64,000 nt of DNA from Synechococcales cyanobacterium (GTDB taxonomy: Bacteria; Cyanobacteriota; Cyanobacteriia; CAKZMO01), in contig JAYKGU010000021.1 of the NCBI GenBank assembly GCA_035285585.1, positions 3,283 through 67,282 of the forward strand, written 5' to 3'. The translations under genes were made by a program, and so were the position numbers. Every line of letters begins with the position of its first letter. Within the stretch, counting starts at the first letter, position 1. The notes under the pieces are model-generated. The model saw only the letters and a list, made by a program, of their open reading frames with translations. It did no database searches and was not told where the DNA came from. This document shows positions 1 through 9,435 of the stretch, piece by piece.

Positions 1-150
1 TACAACATCTTTGCAGATGTTTACTACGGCACCCACAGCGAGTTGCTGCACTTTTTCAATAAGCTCCATCAGATCCCCGGAATTTTGAGCTACGAGTCGC
101 AAATTGTTCTAAAGCTCCTGAAAGCTGAATATAAGTACACCCTTAACTAG
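1..150 (+). CDS. 3' end of an upstream gene of unknown function (partial; ...YNIFADVYYGTHSELLHFFNKLHQIPG...YTLN*)
   Basis: Open frame runs from the window edge to a TAG at ~148-150; no recognisable motif. Confidence 0.25.
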   Translation, partial: YNIFADVYYGTHSELLHFFNKLHQIPGILSYESQIVLKLLKAEYKYTLN

Positions 151-285
151 GCTCGTGCTCAGGCCAGAACAGCTAGTGGCTGGACGGGAGAAACAAGTTT
201 TGAGTTTTGAAAGTTGAGTTTTTAATAAAAGGGGGCGGCCCTTGGACTCAAAAATCAAAACTTGAAACTTGAATCTTGCTGCTTT

Positions 286-1788
286 CTAGTCAAGCTTCCC
301 GTCGCGATCGCCATAGTTCGGGGACGATTCTGCTGCCCGACGGCTGGGCTGTCCCCAGTCTTCTGCGGGTTGGGACGGGGTAGGCACCAGCTCAAGCTGA
401 CCGGAGCGGGCAGAGGATGGACGGGAAGTTTGCCGTCGTCGTTTGGATACGCCCTCCTCCGACGTCTCTTCGGCCACAACTTCATAGAGGCGGGCTACGG
501 TTTTGTCCGAACTTTTGCGCAGGACTCGCCCCAACCGCTGAATATACTCGCGGGTTGACCCCGTCCCCGACAGCAAAATCGCCACGCTCGCCGCTGGCAC
601 ATCTACCCCCTCGTTGAGCACATGGGAGGCGGCCAGAACGCGATAGGTGCCGTCGCGGAAGCTCTGGAGAATCTCGTGGCGCTCTTTAACGGGGGTCTGG
701 TGGGTGATGGCGGGAATGAGAAACTCCTGGGAAATGCGATAGACGGTAGCGTTGTCGTTGGTGAAGATCAGCGTTTGTTCCGGGTAGTGATCCGCCAGCA
801 GATCCGCCAGGATTCGCAGCTTGCCTTCCGTTCCCAGAGCGATCGCCTTGGCCTCCCGATGGGCCAGCATCGCCCGCCGCCCTGCCTTTGACCGGGCACT
901 GTCGCGCACAAACCGCTGCCAGCCCTCCATGCTGCCCAGCCAGATATTGGCCTCCTGGAGGAAAGCGTTGCGGGTTTGGATGAGTCGATCGTAGCGATCG
1001 CGCTCCTGCTCAGACAGGGACACTTTAATCTGAATAATTTCGTGGGGGGCCAGGGCCTGCCCTGCCAGGTCTTCGGGCGATCGCTGGTAGACCACCCGCC
1101 CCAGCAGCCCATCCAGATCTACATGGCGACCATCGGAGCGATCGGGGGTGGCTGTCAGCCCCAGGCGGTAGGGGGCAATGGCGAACTCCGCCGTCACCCG
1201 GTTAAAGTCACTGGGCAAATGATGGCACTCGTCGCAGATCAGCAGGGCATAGCGGTTGCCAATTTGCTCTGCATGGATGGCAGCACTGTCGTAGGTGGCC
1301 ACCAGAATGGGGGAGCGATCGCGCGAGCCGCCGCCCAGCACCCCCACCTCTACGTCGGGAAAAGCAGCCATCAGATGGGCATACCACTGGTGCATGAGAT
1401 CCAGGGTCGGGACGGTGATCAGGGTGCTACGGGGGGTTGCCTGCATCGCCATCTGGGCCAGGTAGGTTTTACCCGAGGCCGTGGGCAGTACCACCACCCC
1501 CTGACGATCGGCGGCAATCCACGCATCCAGCGCCTCCCGCTGGTGAGGGTAGGGCGTCATTTCCAGGCTGGGCTTGAGATCGAGGGGGCCAAACTCCCGC
1601 GCCTGGTCAATCAGCGCGACTCCGTCTGCCTGCAGGCACTCCACCAGCCGCCGATAGTGAATGGCGGGTATGCGGAACCGCTCGATGCGGTCGTCCCAGG
1701 TGGCATAGTCAATCCAGCCTTTCCCCCGCGGTGGGGGATGGAGGATGAGGGTTCCCCGGTCGTACTTAAGCGTTGGCGATCGCGCCAT
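286..1788 (-). CDS. SF2 DNA helicase, XPB/Rad25 (ERCC3)-like
   Basis: Walker A PTASGKTY; DECH box LLICDECHHL; helicase C-terminal motifs; overall XPB-like architecture. Confidence 0.8.
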   Translation of the reverse strand: MARSPTLKYDRGTLILHPPPRGKGWIDYATWDDRIERFRIPAIHYRRLVECLQADGVALIDQAREFGPLDLKPSLEMTPYPHQREALDAWIAADRQGVVVLPTASGKTYLAQMAMQATPRSTLITVPTLDLMHQWYAHLMAAFPDVEVGVLGGGSRDRSPILVATYDSAAIHAEQIGNRYALLICDECHHLPSDFNRVTAEFAIAPYRLGLTATPDRSDGRHVDLDGLLGRVVYQRSPEDLAGQALAPHEIIQIKVSLSEQERDRYDRLIQTRNAFLQEANIWLGSMEGWQRFVRDSARSKAGRRAMLAHREAKAIALGTEGKLRILADLLADHYPEQTLIFTNDNATVYRISQEFLIPAITHQTPVKERHEILQSFRDGTYRVLAASHVLNEGVDVPAASVAILLSGTGSTREYIQRLGRVLRKSSDKTVARLYEVVAEETSEEGVSKRRRQTSRPSSARSGQLELVPTPSQPAEDWGQPSRRAAESSPNYGDRDGKLD

Positions 1789-1840
1789 GAAGGGTTATTA
1801 AAGATGCAGCCGTCTCGCCTATTGTAGAGAACTTTCGTAC

Positions 1841-2245
1841 CTAATCAAATCGGCACACCACCTTTCCCAAAATTTGTTTGGCGGCAACTGCACCAAACTG
1901 GCGGCTGTCGGTACTTTCTGTGGGGTTGTCCCCCAGGACAAAGCAATGGCCCGTGGGCAGCACCAACCGCACTCGCTTGACCAAGCGAAAATGGGGGCGA
2001 TCGGGATGGTCGATTAATACCAGATCGCCTTCAACTGGGGGCGTCTGTCGGTAGGCCGTTGGATCGACCAGCACCTCATCGTCGGGCTGGAGCAGGGGCA
2101 GCATGGAGCGACCCACCACCCGGTAGCGACGACGGCGGCGCAGCAACCAGAGCAGCCAGTCCCGGGCCGTGGCGTCGGGGAGAGCTGTGGGGCTAGATGG
2201 AGCTGGCGTTTTGGCGGCGGGTAGAGAGGGGAGTAAGGATGACAC
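1841..2245 (-). CDS. sodX: S26 signal-peptidase-like NiSOD maturation protease (SodX-like)
   Basis: Ser nucleophile motif VVGRSMLP; RLVKRV Lys box; C-terminal GDNPTESTDSRQFG signature; sits immediately downstream of sodN on the same strand. Confidence 0.6.
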   Translation of the reverse strand: MSSLLPSLPAAKTPAPSSPTALPDATARDWLLWLLRRRRRYRVVGRSMLPLLQPDDEVLVDPTAYRQTPPVEGDLVLIDHPDRPHFRLVKRVRLVLPTGHCFVLGDNPTESTDSRQFGAVAAKQILGKVVCRFD

Positions 2246-2359
2246 CGGCAGCCGAAGTACGGGAATCGGGATGAATCATCAAGGGAACTGGGCGATCGCA
2301 GGCGTAAACATCGGGCGATCGCCCAGCAAGTCGATTAAAAATCAGAACCTGATGCCTAC

Positions 2360-2836
2360 CTAGCTGGCCTTATAGAAAGGCACGTCGCGCTCTTTGGTAG
2401 CCCAGAACATCTGGTGGATTTTTTCAATGGCCTCCATCAGCTCGGTGCAGTGCTCCTGGCTCACTTCCACCTTGCAGGCAGAGCAGAGCTTGGCTGCCTT
2501 CCAGAAGGTGTCGTGCAGGTCGGGGAACTTCTCGAGGTGAACGGGCTTGAAGTAGTCCGTCCAGAGAATCAGCAGTTCGTCCTTGGTGATTTGAGCCTGC
2601 TCTTCCTTGATGGCCACAAAGCGAGACATGGTGTTTTCGTAGGCTGCCATGGCATGGGAATCGCTGGGGGCCGGAGGCGTCAGGGCGAGAATTTTTTTGG
2701 TCATGGAAACCACTGCTTCGGCGGCGATCCGTGCGGACGCGGGATCGTATACACCACAAGGCCCATCACAGTGGGCGTGGGCTGCTTCAGCGGGGAACCA
2801 GGCTTTGATTTTGGAAGCAATTGTTTTAAGCATCAT
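2360..2836 (-). CDS. sodN: Nickel superoxide dismutase precursor (the track ORF extends to 2893; the likely start is the internal Met giving a ~21-aa propeptide)
   Basis: Ni-hook motif HCDGPCGVYDP directly after the leader ...AEAAHA; size ~160 aa. Confidence 0.85.
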   Translation of the reverse strand: MMLKTIASKIKAWFPAEAAHAHCDGPCGVYDPASARIAAEAVVSMTKKILALTPPAPSDSHAMAAYENTMSRFVAIKEEQAQITKDELLILWTDYFKPVHLEKFPDLHDTFWKAAKLCSACKVEVSQEHCTELMEAIEKIHQMFWATKERDVPFYKAS

Positions 2837-3323
2837 CTTTGCCACTCTATCAGTGTATCTGCTGTCAAACCGAGAGTAACGCTCGTCAAACACTCGTCAG
2901 AGAATGTAACCCGTTCAGGTACATCCCCCTATTCAGAGCATTGGGACTTTCAATAGTATTTTATATCAAAACTCCGCACCGAATCGCCAATATTGGCAAA
3001 CCCCCCAGAGGGGATGAATGTAGACTAGAATACAGTAACGGGCTTGATCGCCGCTTATAGCTTGGGATAGTCTAGCATCCGGAGCAACCCGGACTCCAAC
3101 ACTCCGATCAACGCAGCTCATCGCCTCCTCCCTCTTATGAATCGGTTAGGCTTAATAGATAGGCCAATAGGCCCGGCTTATGAATAGGTTAAGTTGAGAA
3201 CCTACCCGAAAAACTTGTAGGGACTTGGAATGCAAAAGATCTGACGGTTCTTCGGACAGGTCCTTAAGGGAATGGGTAGGAGCGCCTGTGGCTTATCGCC
3301 GTCATCGAAAGAAATGCGTGGGC

Positions 3324-3989
3324 ATGAGTGCACTTGCTAATGCTTCGGATTCCAGCGTCAAAGACCAAATCATTCAACTACTGAAGCTGCGAGGGCCACA
3401 AACGGCAGCATCCCTGGCTGACCAGCTTGGTGTGTCGCCAATGGCCATTCGCCAGCATCTGCAGGTGCTGCGGGAAAAGCAATGGGTTTCTTACACCGAA
3501 GAGCGCCAGCCCGTTGGGCGGCCCGTCAAGCGGTGGGAGCTAACGGCTCAGACCTGTCATCTGTTTCCCAATAATCACGAAGACCTCGCGATTAACCTGC
3601 TTCAGGATGTACAGCAAGTTTTTGGTGAAGAAGGTTTTGCAGCCCTGTTAGCAGAGCGGGTGCAAACCCAAATTCGAACCTATGCCGAAAAGCTTTCGGC
3701 CCACCACTGGCGCAGTCGCGTGGGGCAAATTGCCCAACTGCGAAGTCAGGAAGGGTACATGGCAGAGGTGATTGAGCAAGCGGATGAGTCGGTGCTGCTG
3801 GTGGAAAATCACTGCTCTATCCATGCTGCTGCCCAGGCCTGTTCTCAATTTTGTGCTGGTGAGCTAGAAGTTTTTCAGGCCCTGCTGGGGGATGGCATTA
3901 CCGTAGAACGGCAGGAACATATTTTAGTGGGCGATCGCCGCTGTGCTTACCGCATCTCTCCCCATCCCTCTCCTACCAAGGAGGAATAA
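3324..3989 (+). CDS. SufR-like winged-HTH transcriptional regulator with a C-terminal Cys cluster (track ORF starts at 3225)
   Basis: HTH SLADQLGVSPMAIRQHLQVL; C-terminal CSIHAAAQACSQFC...C arrangement typical of Fe-S-sensing SufR; divergent from sodN. Confidence 0.5.
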   Translation: MSALANASDSSVKDQIIQLLKLRGPQTAASLADQLGVSPMAIRQHLQVLREKQWVSYTEERQPVGRPVKRWELTAQTCHLFPNNHEDLAINLLQDVQQVFGEEGFAALLAERVQTQIRTYAEKLSAHHWRSRVGQIAQLRSQEGYMAEVIEQADESVLLVENHCSIHAAAQACSQFCAGELEVFQALLGDGITVERQEHILVGDRRCAYRISPHPSPTKEE

Positions 3990-4031
3990 ACGCGGTTAGG
4001 ATCAAGCAAGCGATTCGTCAGGAGTAGCGGA

Positions 4032-4406
4032 ATGGTTCGACTATTTTTAGGGTTGGCGGGGGCATCTGGAGCCATCGCAGTAGCGGCGGGGGCACTGGCC
4101 TCCCACGGGCTAGCCAGCCGCCTTAGCCCAGAGGCGATCGCCGTTTTTCAAACGGGGGTCCGCTACCAGATGTATCACGCGATCGCCCTCCTCGCCGTCG
4201 CCCTGTTGCTCGCCACCGCTAAATTTAAGGCCCTTCCCTTAATCGCTGCAGGCGCAGCTTTTGTTGTCGGAGCGATCCTCTTTTCCGGCAGTCTGTACTT
4301 GATTAGCGGCCTGGGGGTGACTTCGGTGGGCATTCTCACCCCCATTGGTGGCGTGATTCTCATTGGCGGCTGGTGCTGCCTGATTGGGGCTGCCTTTAGC
4401 CAGTAG
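4032..4406 (+). CDS. DUF423-family small membrane protein
   Basis: Four predicted TM helices; GALASHGL motif; ~124 aa. Confidence 0.55.
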   Translation: MVRLFLGLAGASGAIAVAAGALASHGLASRLSPEAIAVFQTGVRYQMYHAIALLAVALLLATAKFKALPLIAAGAAFVVGAILFSGSLYLISGLGVTSVGILTPIGGVILIGGWCCLIGAAFSQ

Positions 4407-4409
4407 GGT

Positions 4410-5627
4410 TCAGGTGGGGCGATCGCTCTCCAGCGGTGGGTGATATTCCAGTGGCGGCAATGCCACCCGGAGGTGGGTCATTTGCTTTCGACCAAACTCA
4501 AACAGGGCTGGAGCCTGCCCTTCTTGCCAGAGCCAGAGACTATCGGCAGCGCGCTGCTGGTACCTCCACGGATCGGCATCATAGGCAGCCCAGCCATAGG
4601 GATCGACTAACACCTTTTCTCCTGAGTCAAGCAACCGCCGCACGCCAAAGTGGAGGTGGGGGCCAGTGCTGCAGCCAGTGTTGCCAGAAAGACCAATCAC
4701 CTGCCCAGCCTGCACCCAATCCCCCGTCTGCACATCCACCCGGTTGAGATGAACGTATTCGCTCTCGAAGCGATCGCCCCCCGATGTTGTATGTTCGATG
4801 TAAACGTATTGCCCGGTGGTGGTGGTATCCAGCGGCGGACAGTAGAAGGGACGCCCCTCCCCCGCAAAGGTAATGGTGCCATCGGCCACGGCCCGCAAAG
4901 GCATATTTTCGGGTAACCCCCAGTCATAGCCGCCGTGCCCGTCAATGCCCGCTCCCGGACTGCCAATAGCGAGGCGATCGCCCCGCCAATTCAACATGTA
5001 GCCATTGTTGTCGACGAACTGACGCGGCACATCATGGTCAAAGTAGTTGCTGAGCAGAAACTCGCCGTCAAACGGTTTGCGAAAAAGCGCCAGGGTGCGC
5101 GCTTCAGGAGGCTTCTGCATTTTGGGCAGCCGCGTCAGTTTGAAGTCGTCCTTCAAGCCCCGACAAATCCCCTGAGGAACCGCAGCGCCGGAAAATTGAT
5201 TGGGTTCGCCCAGTTGCCCTTGAAACCGCATGGGAAAGCCACCCACTGCGGGCGGCGTCAGCTCAAACCAGGTGCGCCGCGAGCCAATGTTGCCGGAAAT
5301 AGCAGCCGAGCCGTCCTGTCCATTCCAAACCCAGGGAAGCGTGCCGTGCAAATCTCTTCCTTCCTGAGTTAACAGGGTGGTAATGGAGCCATTCAGTTGA
5401 CAAGCACCGTTGGCAACCCAGTAGCGGGGCAGCTCCAGTAGCCAGGTTTGGGTCTCAGGTTGCTCGACCGCGGCTGGCTGAAACCTGACTTGAACGGTGC
5501 GGCCCTGATCAGCGGATAGCCAGACAGGATTCCATTGGGATTGGTAGCCGCCCAACAGGAGGCTGAGGGCCAGGGTGGAGAGGGCAATCAAAACCAGGTG
5601 GACATATTTCATGGGAGAATCAAGCAC
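4410..5627 (-). CDS. Secreted M23 family metallopeptidase
   Basis: N-terminal signal peptide; M23 motif GNTGCSTGPHLHFGV; HxxxD-type site. Confidence 0.8.
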   Translation of the reverse strand: MLDSPMKYVHLVLIALSTLALSLLLGGYQSQWNPVWLSADQGRTVQVRFQPAAVEQPETQTWLLELPRYWVANGACQLNGSITTLLTQEGRDLHGTLPWVWNGQDGSAAISGNIGSRRTWFELTPPAVGGFPMRFQGQLGEPNQFSGAAVPQGICRGLKDDFKLTRLPKMQKPPEARTLALFRKPFDGEFLLSNYFDHDVPRQFVDNNGYMLNWRGDRLAIGSPGAGIDGHGGYDWGLPENMPLRAVADGTITFAGEGRPFYCPPLDTTTTGQYVYIEHTTSGGDRFESEYVHLNRVDVQTGDWVQAGQVIGLSGNTGCSTGPHLHFGVRRLLDSGEKVLVDPYGWAAYDADPWRYQQRAADSLWLWQEGQAPALFEFGRKQMTHLRVALPPLEYHPPLESDRPT

Positions 5628-6046
5628 GACCAGCAGCAGCTTCGGTTGGCTACTCAGTGCCTACCCGAAAACTCGGCAGAGTTTTTGAAATAGGACTTAC
5701 GCAATAGGTTCTAAATGAGAGGTTTCCCAGATGAGGGAGCCATGGCTCTTATCTGCCAACCGCCTCTGTTTTTTCTGCCGTTTGACAGATGACAACAGGG
5801 CTAGACGCACTATAACACCCTATTCGTAATGATTTGGTAACTCACCTCCCCCCAGTGGTTGCGAATTCTTGGGTTGCGGTCTGCCTTTTAGGGCAATTTG
5901 GCCCTCCGGATCATCCTGATAAATACCGAACAATCAAGAAGACGTAAGTCAGAAAAGTACCTGCTTTTCCCAAGAACCACCGAACTAACATTGAAAGTTC
6001 GTAAATTAGCCTTGATTAAGTTCTATTACTTTAGGGTTAAGTATAT

Positions 6047-6523
6047 ATGCTGAGCCAGTTTCAGTTGCTGAGCCAAGAAGCTGAAGGCCGATACGCTACG
6101 GATAATGAGCTGAAGTTTGTTACGGATTACATCAACTCGTTCCCGCTGCGCTTGCAAACTTACCAGAAGGTTCATGCGCTTGAAAGCAAAATTATTCAAG
6201 ACGCCTACGCCAAGATGGAAGCCAACCACCCCAAGCTGCTGCGGGTCGGCAGTCAGGATATGCGTAGTAAATGGAAGCGCGATACGTTACGGGTGCTGCG
6301 CTACTCGGCGATCGCCCTGCTGCTAGACGATCCTGACCTGCTGCAAGAGCGCTTTCTTTTCTGGTTTCAAACCATTATGCGTGCCTTTGGCACCCAGGAA
6401 AGCTGTGAAGTTACTTACTCGCTGATGCAAGAGGTCGTTAAAGACCATCTCAGTCCCATTGAGGCGGCGTTGTTCTGCCCTCTCCTGGAGCTGAACCGGG
6501 TTGCGCTGGGGGTAACGGCCTAG
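6047..6523 (+). CDS. Phycobilisome-protein-family (globin-fold, allophycocyanin-like) protein, apparently non-chromophorylated
   Basis: N-terminal pattern EAEGRYATDNELKFVTDYINSFPLRLQTYQKV parallels ApcA [32 protein letters not shown]; ~158 aa; no Cys at the position equivalent to Cys81. Confidence 0.55.
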   Translation: MLSQFQLLSQEAEGRYATDNELKFVTDYINSFPLRLQTYQKVHALESKIIQDAYAKMEANHPKLLRVGSQDMRSKWKRDTLRVLRYSAIALLLDDPDLLQERFLFWFQTIMRAFGTQESCEVTYSLMQEVVKDHLSPIEAALFCPLLELNRVALGVTA

Positions 6524-6571
6524 GGTTGGCTACGGGTGCTCAAGCCACAGATTACTGGTAACTGCTCAGGC

Positions 6572-6662
6572 TGCCCTCACCCTAAATTCCTCTCCCTAGG
6601 GAGAGGGACTTCAATCCGATTCCCCTTCTCCCTGGGGAGAAGGGGCTAGGGGATGAGGGCAG
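6572..6662. repeat. Nested palindromic element (repeat family B): an outer stem gccctcaccc/ggggatgagggc enclosing two hairpins (cctctccctagggagagg; ccccttctccctggggagaagggg)
   Basis: Perfect palindromes read in the sequence; partial copy at 47753-47800. Confidence 0.65.
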
Positions 6663-7091
6663 TTCAGGCTCCAGGTCAAGCCTGAGTAGTTACAAAATCT
6701 CCTAAGTGGTGGTTTACCTTGCAGCCAGGGGGAAATGACCCTTTCTCCCTGCAGTTAACAAAACTTGAGATGAGCGGGGTTAGATCCAAAAGTCCCAGGG
6801 CATATTGAACTTAACGGCATCTGACCGGCTACATCTGCTATTTGCAGTATCTGGTATTAACAGTCATCGCTGCTGACCTTTTCTGCAATCAGATGGGGCT
6901 GTCTGAACCCCAAAAAGCCTATACCGAGATTTTTTGAACGGCCTGTCTAGTTGAGTTTTAAGTTCTTAATTTAGACTGTCTGACGTTTAATCGGTCAGGC
7001 CTTACCACAGATTGAATAATAATTCAGTGTGAATACAGATTTGCTTCGTATTAATCGCACCCTTACCCGCTAGTGTTGTGTAGATAACATC

Positions 7092-7772
7092 ATGGTCACT
7101 GTAACGAATAACCAGCACCCTGTAAAAGCTAAGCATCCCAAAAAGCACAACCATTACAGCTTTCGGGACTTCTTTCAATTCAATACTCAAGAGGGTACGA
7201 TCACCGATTGGAACGGCAGTACGAACCTCTTGACCAGCGAAGATTTCATCATTGGCCTGATTGAAGGGCTTGAAGAAGAAGTGGGCGACGCCTCAGCGGC
7301 AACGATGTATACCATCGGTAACCACTGGGGCCAGCGCGACGCCTTTTTCTTTGAGAAATGGTTTGCCGAAGAGTTTGACCGGGGGGTTCGTCAGACAAAC
7401 CTGATGTTTCTTCTAGAAACCTGGTGGTGGCCTTTCACGTCCCAGGGCTGGGGGCGCTGGGAAATCGACATGGGCGATCGCAAGCAGGGCTTTATGTTTA
7501 TCAACCTGTTTGACTCGGCGGTGGCACGCACCCTGGGCGACGTGGGCAAGCCTGTTTGTTACCTCTATGCGGGTCTCTTTGCAGGATTTTTCACCGAAAT
7601 GGTCAAGAAAAAGCTGAGCTGCATTGAGATTCAGTGCTACTCCATGGGGGAAACCTACTGCAAGTTTTTGCTGGGCGGCCAGGATCGCATTGATGCGGCG
7701 GGGTTCTGGATGAATGAGGGGGCCACCGCACGGGACATTGAGAAGCGGTTACGCGCTGGAGAAATGAAATGA
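7092..7772 (+). CDS. V4R (4-vinyl reductase) domain protein
   Basis: C-terminal V4R-like signature E..C...G...C.F (IEIQCYSMGETYCKFLLG); paralog of 8685..9341. Confidence 0.5.
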   Translation: MVTVTNNQHPVKAKHPKKHNHYSFRDFFQFNTQEGTITDWNGSTNLLTSEDFIIGLIEGLEEEVGDASAATMYTIGNHWGQRDAFFFEKWFAEEFDRGVRQTNLMFLLETWWWPFTSQGWGRWEIDMGDRKQGFMFINLFDSAVARTLGDVGKPVCYLYAGLFAGFFTEMVKKKLSCIEIQCYSMGETYCKFLLGGQDRIDAAGFWMNEGATARDIEKRLRAGEMK

Positions 7773-8083
7773 GCACGATGACACTTCCTTCAAAGAACGG
7801 CTCAGCCCAGGGCATGACCTCGACCTGGCTGCCGTCGTCGGTGCAGGAGTTTTTCTCAGCAGTGAATTGGGACGACCGCCCCCTGGAACCCCAGGCCCCT
7901 GAGCAGGCCCACCAGGCAACCACAGGAGAACTTGGGCTGGACATGACGGTTACCCAGTTCTTCGAGGCGATCGCCTGGGATGGAGTGCGCGTCATTGCCG
8001 CCTTTACGCCCGTGGAAGAGCCAATGGCCGAAGAATCAACAGTAGATGAAATTACCCTGGATGATTTTTCGGGCCTGTTTTAA
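7769..8083 (+). CDS. Small acidic protein with an internal repeat (VQEFFSAVNWD / VTQFFEAIAWDG), translationally coupled to the upstream V4R gene
   Basis: ATGA start/stop overlap with the 7092..7772 stop; high acidic content; internal duplicated motif. Confidence 0.35.
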   Translation: MSTMTLPSKNGSAQGMTSTWLPSSVQEFFSAVNWDDRPLEPQAPEQAHQATTGELGLDMTVTQFFEAIAWDGVRVIAAFTPVEEPMAEESTVDEITLDDFSGLF

Positions 8084-8145
8084 CACTGAGGTCAACCCAG
8101 TTATATCTACTTTCATGCCACCCTTACCAGCTTGAGGACATTGCC

Positions 8146-8628
8146 ATGCACCCCCAGATCGATGCCATGTTTGATGAGGCGGAAAATCGCTACCTGAAGC
8201 CTGACGAGTTAAACACGCTAAACCAGTACGTTGAATCCCTGCCCGATCGCCTGGAAACCTACCGCTGTCTGCGGGATCAGGAAGTAACCATTATGCAGCG
8301 GGTCGCGGAACAGCTTGAACAGCAATTTCCCAGCGAAAAAATTGAAGTGCTGGAGCGCTGCCTTAAAAATGCGCTGCTGGTGATGCGCTATTCGGCCATG
8401 GGGATGTTGCTCAACGACGAGCTATTCCTCCAAACCCGCCTGATTAGCTGGTTGGAAGATACGGTTAAAGTTTTTAACACCCAGACCCTCGACACCGCTC
8501 TCTATCGGTTGCTCAACCAGCGACTGAGCGAGACCCTAACCGGCCCGCAGTTGCGGCTTATTCAGCCCCACCTGACGCTGGCGGAACGGGCACTCATTCA
8601 GCCTGCCCCGACAGCTCCAGCGCTCTAA
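8146..8628 (+). CDS. Phycobilisome-protein-family (globin-fold) protein, paralog of 6047..6523
   Basis: EAENRYLKPDELNTLNQYVESLPDRLETYRCL matches the same N-terminal pattern; 160 aa. Confidence 0.55.
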   Translation: MHPQIDAMFDEAENRYLKPDELNTLNQYVESLPDRLETYRCLRDQEVTIMQRVAEQLEQQFPSEKIEVLERCLKNALLVMRYSAMGMLLNDELFLQTRLISWLEDTVKVFNTQTLDTALYRLLNQRLSETLTGPQLRLIQPHLTLAERALIQPAPTAPAL

Positions 8629-8684
8629 GCATTGAGTTGTTCTTACTTGAAAGCAAATACCATTTCTAACCCTCGTGTAGTCCT

Positions 8685-9341
8685 ATGATTTCCATTACCG
8701 ATTTGCTGGTTGACAACCACATTCCTAGCAACTATTTCGCGAGCGATGTTTATGTGAAAGGTGACCTGGAGCTGGGTCTATTGGAAAACCGTCGGGGCGA
8801 TCGCCTCCTGGCCCTTCCAGCAACTTTGATTCAAGGCATTTATGCCGGACTGGAAAATGAAACTGGCCAGGCTGCAGGCATGGTGCTGTTTAACTGCGGT
8901 CGCTGGTGGGGGAAAAACTTCTACACCCGCTTCTGTGAAGAGCTGACCGATTATTACAACAAAGCCGTTGCCGACATGTCGATGGTTGAGTTTCTCCAGT
9001 GCCTCCGTCAGTGCTGGGTAACCCACGGCTGGGGCCGCATCGAGCTGGATCAGAGTCACCACCATCGCGGGTTGTTGCTCATCCAGATTTGGAACTCTCC
9101 CTTTGCCAGGGAAGCGCAAAACAGTACCAAGCCAGCCTGTCATCTGGAGGCAGGTGTGCTGAGCACCTTCTTCAGCCAGCTCACCAGCCGTGAACTGCAC
9201 TGCGTTCAAACCACCTGTGAGTCGCTGGGGTCAGACTGCAACCGGTTTATTTTGGGCCTAACCAAGCGGGTGCAGCCTGCTGAAGAGATGGTTGAGCGGG
9301 GTCTGGATCACGATACTATCCTGCAGCAACTGTGTAGTTGA
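8685..9341 (+). CDS. V4R domain protein, paralog of 7092..7772
   Basis: VQTTCESLGSDCNRFILG (E..C...G...C.F); alignable by eye along its length to 7092..7772. Confidence 0.5.
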   Translation: MISITDLLVDNHIPSNYFASDVYVKGDLELGLLENRRGDRLLALPATLIQGIYAGLENETGQAAGMVLFNCGRWWGKNFYTRFCEELTDYYNKAVADMSMVEFLQCLRQCWVTHGWGRIELDQSHHHRGLLLIQIWNSPFAREAQNSTKPACHLEAGVLSTFFSQLTSRELHCVQTTCESLGSDCNRFILGLTKRVQPAEEMVERGLDHDTILQQLCS

Positions 9342-9435
9342 TGTTGTCTGCCACCATCCAACTTTTTTCCAATCCACCCGGAATGCCTTTTGAGAATAAC
9401 GCCCAGGATTTGAGAATTCGTCGTCGCGGGTCGCT

